64,000 nt of DNA from Octopus vulgaris (lineage: Eukaryota): the NCBI GenBank assembly GCA_951406725.2, contig OX597816.1:101742001-101806000 (forward strand), in the 5' to 3' direction. Below are positions 59,676 to 64,000 of this stretch, piece after piece. The translations under genes were made by a program, and so were the position numbers. A model generated the notes under the pieces. The model had not been told where the DNA came from. It searched no databases and saw nothing but the letters and a program-made list of their open reading frames with translations. Each line of letters begins with the position of its first letter. Positions within the stretch are counted from its first letter, which is position 1.

Positions 59676-60102
59676 TATTTAGTTGGCAACTTAAATTTAT
59701 TAGTTAGTAATCAACTTTCTAGCCTCACGTGTCTACATAACGATTTTAAAATGAAGTTGTGTCCCTTTACTTAAAACAAAAAATTTTAATATCAAACAAT
59801 TAAGAATATACATTTATAGGTTAACCCATTTATAAAATTATTCTCAAAATATTATTATATTTGGGATTTGAATTTTCATAATGTAAAAAAAAAGTTGGTT
59901 AAAACTGGCAAAACTATTTTTTTCAAAACCGGTGTTAATAGAAAAGATATTCCTCGTTGAAGTGTTTCTTTCTTCTTTTCTCTTGCTACTGCTTTCTTGT
60001 AAATAGATATATACATTTATGTATATATCTACATTGTCTTCTTTATTGTCACGAGGGAAATCAGTATAACTATTTTGTCAAGATAAAATTTAAATATCGG
60101 AT

Positions 60103-60105
60103 ATG
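60103..60105 (+). CDS. RABGGTB: Putative RABGGTB first coding exon end (ATG|gtaggt)
   Basis: Next exon starts in phase 0 at residue 2, so an ATG-terminated exon is needed; this is the best ATG|GT candidate upstream, in a CpG-containing region after a pyrimidine tract at about 59965-59985. Confidence 0.5.
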
Positions 60106-60584
60106 GTAGGTGTAATTGTATTTCACTGATATGTTTTGGTAATTACTCTGTAAATTACAATCGTGTTGTATCCTTGTTACAAAATAGATTTGTACCACGC
60201 CAAATATACGTCGGTCGATAAATGATTTGAAGGTTTTATTTCTAAACTGCCGATTAATTAGTATTCGACACTAAAGAAATCTATATTATATACTATTAAT
60301 TTCTAGTTAAAGATGAATACTTGTGTGACAAGAACCACTTTTGTCATTGATATTTTGTTATCTATGGTAGCTAGTTATGTTTTTGTCTAGCTTAATTCTA
60401 CTTTGTGCAGGCAGACCTCTGATTAAAAACGTTCCAGACATGACCATTCCATTTTTTTCGTGTATTGTGTATGTTATATTTTAGATCCTCTCTGTAAGAC
60501 GATAAGGTGTGGTTTAAAGGATATTTATCTGCTATTTTTAGCAGGTTTAGTGACATTGTAAAAGTCCTTTAACGAAAGATCTTT

Positions 60585-60792
60585 GATACTACTTAAATAC
60601 AGAGGTCCCGATTGTCTAGACGTGTAATGACACCCTAACCCCCCACTCCACCCCAAAAAAACTAACCCTAACCCTAAAAGTAACCCTTACCCTAAAAATT
60701 AACCCTAATCCTAAAACTAACCCTAACGCCTGTGCACTGTAAAAACATATCGTTACGTAGATGCATCAGGACCTCTGTTTTTAAGCAGTGCC
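60585..60792. mobile_element. Merlin-like MITE with (CCCTAA)-rich core
   Basis: TIRs GATACTACTTAAATACAGAGGTCCCGAT / ATCAGGACCTCTGTTTTTAAGCAGTGCC; flanks AGATCTTT/AGGTCTTT. Confidence 0.75.
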
Positions 60793-62795
60793 AGGTCTTT
60801 TCTGTCCTTTCTAACTGTAAACTGGTTGTATATCTGATTATCTCAATCCTGTATCTGTATTATTGACAGTGGGTATTTTTAGCTATCTGGTTGAAAGTCT
60901 GAGTATAGCTAACTGTTCGACCATATGTATTCCTCTCTAATTTACTAGCATTGTATCTGTTGAACACCCACTCTTTTTTTTTTTTAATTAGGTAGACACA
61001 AAACAAAAAAGAAACTTTGTGGCTACTCGGTATTGATTAAAATGCTACGATATGAGTACCAATCATTGGATTATCTACATTGCACTTACATATATTTACC
61101 GACGCGATCACTCCAGCAACTCCATGTGTTTCGGATAATCATTGTGATTTCTCACATTGGCACGAAGCATCAAATCTGCAACAAGTTGAATAAGTAGTAC
61201 TTTCCAGATATTTATTTTATCGATTAGGAGAAGCGACAAAGTAAAGTACCGGTTCAGAAATGTAGGGGAAAAAATGGGATACTTCAAGATATAACCCAAC
61301 GCTCTAACAGTTGTTACAGTCACTCCCTTGCCTCTAATAATTCCAAAAGAAACGCGAATACTCTGACAAGAACCGAGGCTTAAATTCAGTTTCATAACTT
61401 TAAGTGTATGACAAACAAATCTTCTACGGAGTTTCTGGGCTAGTGTATTGCAGAGAAAAATAGGCATGTATAGTTAGCATATTGTCTCAATAACCACTTA
61501 ACTTCTATAGCTAATTTGAACTCAAGACCAATGAACTAATAAGCTAACACTTTATCCACTTTCTACAGTAAAAGTACTACTAACTATAACTGTTCCCTTC
61601 CTAGTAATCTATGGTAGGATTTTACTCCAACCCTACAAAATAACATGCAAGTTACTTATATTGTGTCCACTGCAGTCTGTGGATGCATAGTTATAGTTAG
61701 GTAGAGCTGGATAGCAATAATCAAGTGTCTCTTTTTGGAACTTAACAAATATTTAAACAAAGATGATGCTATTAAATTACTATTCTCAGCATCAACACTG
61801 TCATCAACAACACTGTACAGTGTACTAATGTAAGGTGATTCCAAGAAACAAAATACCAAATCCATTTTAAAAACTGAGAGATCATGGTAATGTCAAGATC
61901 ATAAGAGCCCTCTTTCTGATAACTAGATGCAGAAAAGGGCTTGTTTGACAAACCCCGCTTAATATGGGATTAATTCAAACAAGTTAGGCTGCATATAGAA
62001 TGACCATATTTCATAAGGCTTTTCCACATTGTTATTTCTGGTGATTGTAACCAGATTCTGTTCATATGGACTCGTTAGCTTATCGCTGTCCAGGCCCATC
62101 AGATGCACTTAACTCTTCTTTCATCACCTCTAGATGTCTCACTCCCCAAACCTGTACCACTCTTCTTATTCAGAAGAGTGAGTATAAGAGTAGCAGGAGT
62201 AATGATACATGATATTGTAGATCTAGTCAACTTATATTTCAGCAACACAAGAATATGGAAAGTCAAGCCTTTTATTGCTATATTTCTAATCTAATGAAAT
62301 ACACTACCTTGCGTGTTTCAGTTGATTTTTAAAATAATTAAGAATTTAGAGGGATTACAACTAACTTTTTCATTATTGATATATTTAACTAGTGTTTAGC
62401 ATGTAACTGAAAAGGGGTTTTTTTTCTAATTTGGAAATTTAATTTTAGTTGTCTCTATAAAGCTAGAAACCAATTATCCCAAACCTTCTGTGATAAGTGT
62501 TTAATCCAGGGAACATTTACTTCCCATCCTGGAATTAAGTATCAGCTTAAGGGATGAATGTGGTTCATGAATAGATTGGATAACTGGTATTCTGTTTGAT
62601 CTTGATCCATCATTGTCAATATATTTTTGGTGATTGTCTTTATTCCAGTGGTTCCTATTAAATGAAATCAAATTGAACAAGTTACACTTGACTCCAAGTG
62701 TTACTGTACATTGTACTTTTTGTGTGTGTGTGTTCAATTGTGTTAAATTGGCTTAGTGAGTTGGAAAAGTAAAGGATCTTTAATTTTTATTGTAG

Positions 62796-62903
62796 GTTAC
62801 TCCAGTAAAAGATGTCACAATCCCAGAAAAGGCACAGACGACTCTTCTGTTGCAGAAACACAGTGACTTCATTGCAGCCTATGGCACAAAAAAAGATGAT
62901 TAT
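62796..62903 (+). CDS. RABGGTB: Rab geranylgeranyltransferase beta subunit, coding exon 2
   Basis: tgtag/gtaagt, 108 bp; [36 protein letters not shown] matches remembered human [36 protein letters not shown]. Confidence 0.93.
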
Positions 62904-63019
62904 GTAAGTTCAGAAGTCAATACAATTTCTCAGATTGTGACCAAAGTTAGCGTTCTAATATAAAATCACTACTGAAAGTCAAATTAATAACATTCTATTT
63001 AGATTTTCATATAACTCTG

Positions 63020-63322
63020 TAACGTACTGGTGTCACATAAAAAAAGACCTATGCTGGTGCCACCACATAAAACACACCCATGCTGGTGTCACATATAAAG
63101 CACCCGTGCCGATGCCATGTATAAAGCACTGGTATTGGTACCATGTAAAAAGCGCCCAGTATACTGTAAAGTGGTTGGCATAAAGGAAGGGCATCCAACC
63201 ATAGAAACCATGAAAAAACAGACAATTGGAGCCAGATGTAATTCTTTAGCTTGCCAGCTCTTGTCAAACCGTCCAACCCATACCAGCATGGAAAACTAAC
63301 ATTAAATAATGATGATGATGAT
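63020..63322 (+). mobile_element. RTE-type 3'-tail copy in RABGGTB intron 2
   Basis: AGGAAGGGCATCCA...CCAACCCATACCAGCATGGAAAA...(GAT)n. Confidence 0.75.
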
Positions 63323-63429
63323 TTTTGGAAATTTGTACATCACAAAGATAATGTGCAGCTTTAAATGGAAATATGTCTGATGCATATATATTGTATTCTA
63401 TATGTATGTGTATAGTATTGTGTCATTGA

Positions 63430-63479
63430 ACATGCAGTAAGACCACTGGGAGTGATCTCCCAGTGGTCTTACTGTATGT
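63430..63479. repeat. 23-bp-stem hairpin
   Basis: ACATGCAGTAAGACCACTGGGAG-tgat-CTCCCAGTGGTCTTACTGTATGT with one G-U pair. Confidence 0.85.
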
Positions 63480-64000
63480 ACTAATCAAAATTCCCACCTA
63501 GAAGATTGATAATTCAAGTTCAAATTCTCAGTCTTACATATATAACATACTGTACTTCCATTTGATCACATTGATGCTTGGTTACTAAGTACACTCCTGT
63601 TGAGTTACTAATAGATATTTTCATAAATAGTTGAAATCTAGTATTTGTGATTTAAAATTGAAAATCAAAGTGTTTTGAAATTTCAAAAAATGTTACCATA
63701 GAAATATAAACACTATTACTCTTGTCATGTCTGATGGCAAACCTCAGTACTGATAATGTTTTCTCATTAATACATTTTCATCTATGATTGATACTGTATA
63801 GTCATGAAGGTCATCTGAAAATTGAATTAACTGCAAAGCTCTGAGTAATGGCTCATAACTCAGTGGTTAAATTAACCTCACTCTACTACTTATATTGAGT
63901 ACTTATCTATTCATTACCTCCAATGTATGTGTAATATATATAGAATGTGCAGATTCTTTAATTTGACATTAAAGACAGTAAGGAAAAAAATTGTTGATTG

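Noticed and set aside
60630-60730. True telomere or chromosome-fusion scar
   Set aside because: Short degenerate CCCTAA units enclosed by TIRs and an 8-bp duplication, so transposon cargo
60106-64000. Intronic C/D snoRNAs like vertebrate SNORD45 in RABGGTB
   Set aside because: No convincing RTGATGA...CTGA pair with terminal stem and guide seen by eye; an Infernal or snoscan run would be needed

Overview
AT-rich, repeat-dense animal genomic DNA. The SINE and RTE families and the microsatellites suggest a coleoid cephalopod, probably Octopus (inference). Most of the window is a minus-strand Drosha (RNase III, Microprocessor) gene. I traced 26 GT-AG exons from 39857 down to 225 with consistent phases, plus a probable ATG-terminated first coding exon at 41461, about 1403 codons in total; the end of the dsRBD lies beyond the left edge. 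A divergent plus-strand RABGGTB gene begins near 60.1 kb, with a clear exon at 62796-62903. Introns and the intergenic region contain a young 5'-truncated RTE LINE with a PHD finger after the RT core, many RTE tails and tRNA-SINEs, a head-to-tail Helitron dimer, a Tc1 element with an in-frame duplicated DNA-binding domain, mariner, piggyBac, hAT and CR1 remnants, and four small Merlin-like elements (three carrying TTAGGG-type repeats) near the two promoters. The most interesting points are overlapping GTGT splice donors directly after the probable Drosha start codon and several hairpins, including a perfect 59-bp one, in or near the Drosha pre-mRNA. All calls are from manual reading; no searches were run.
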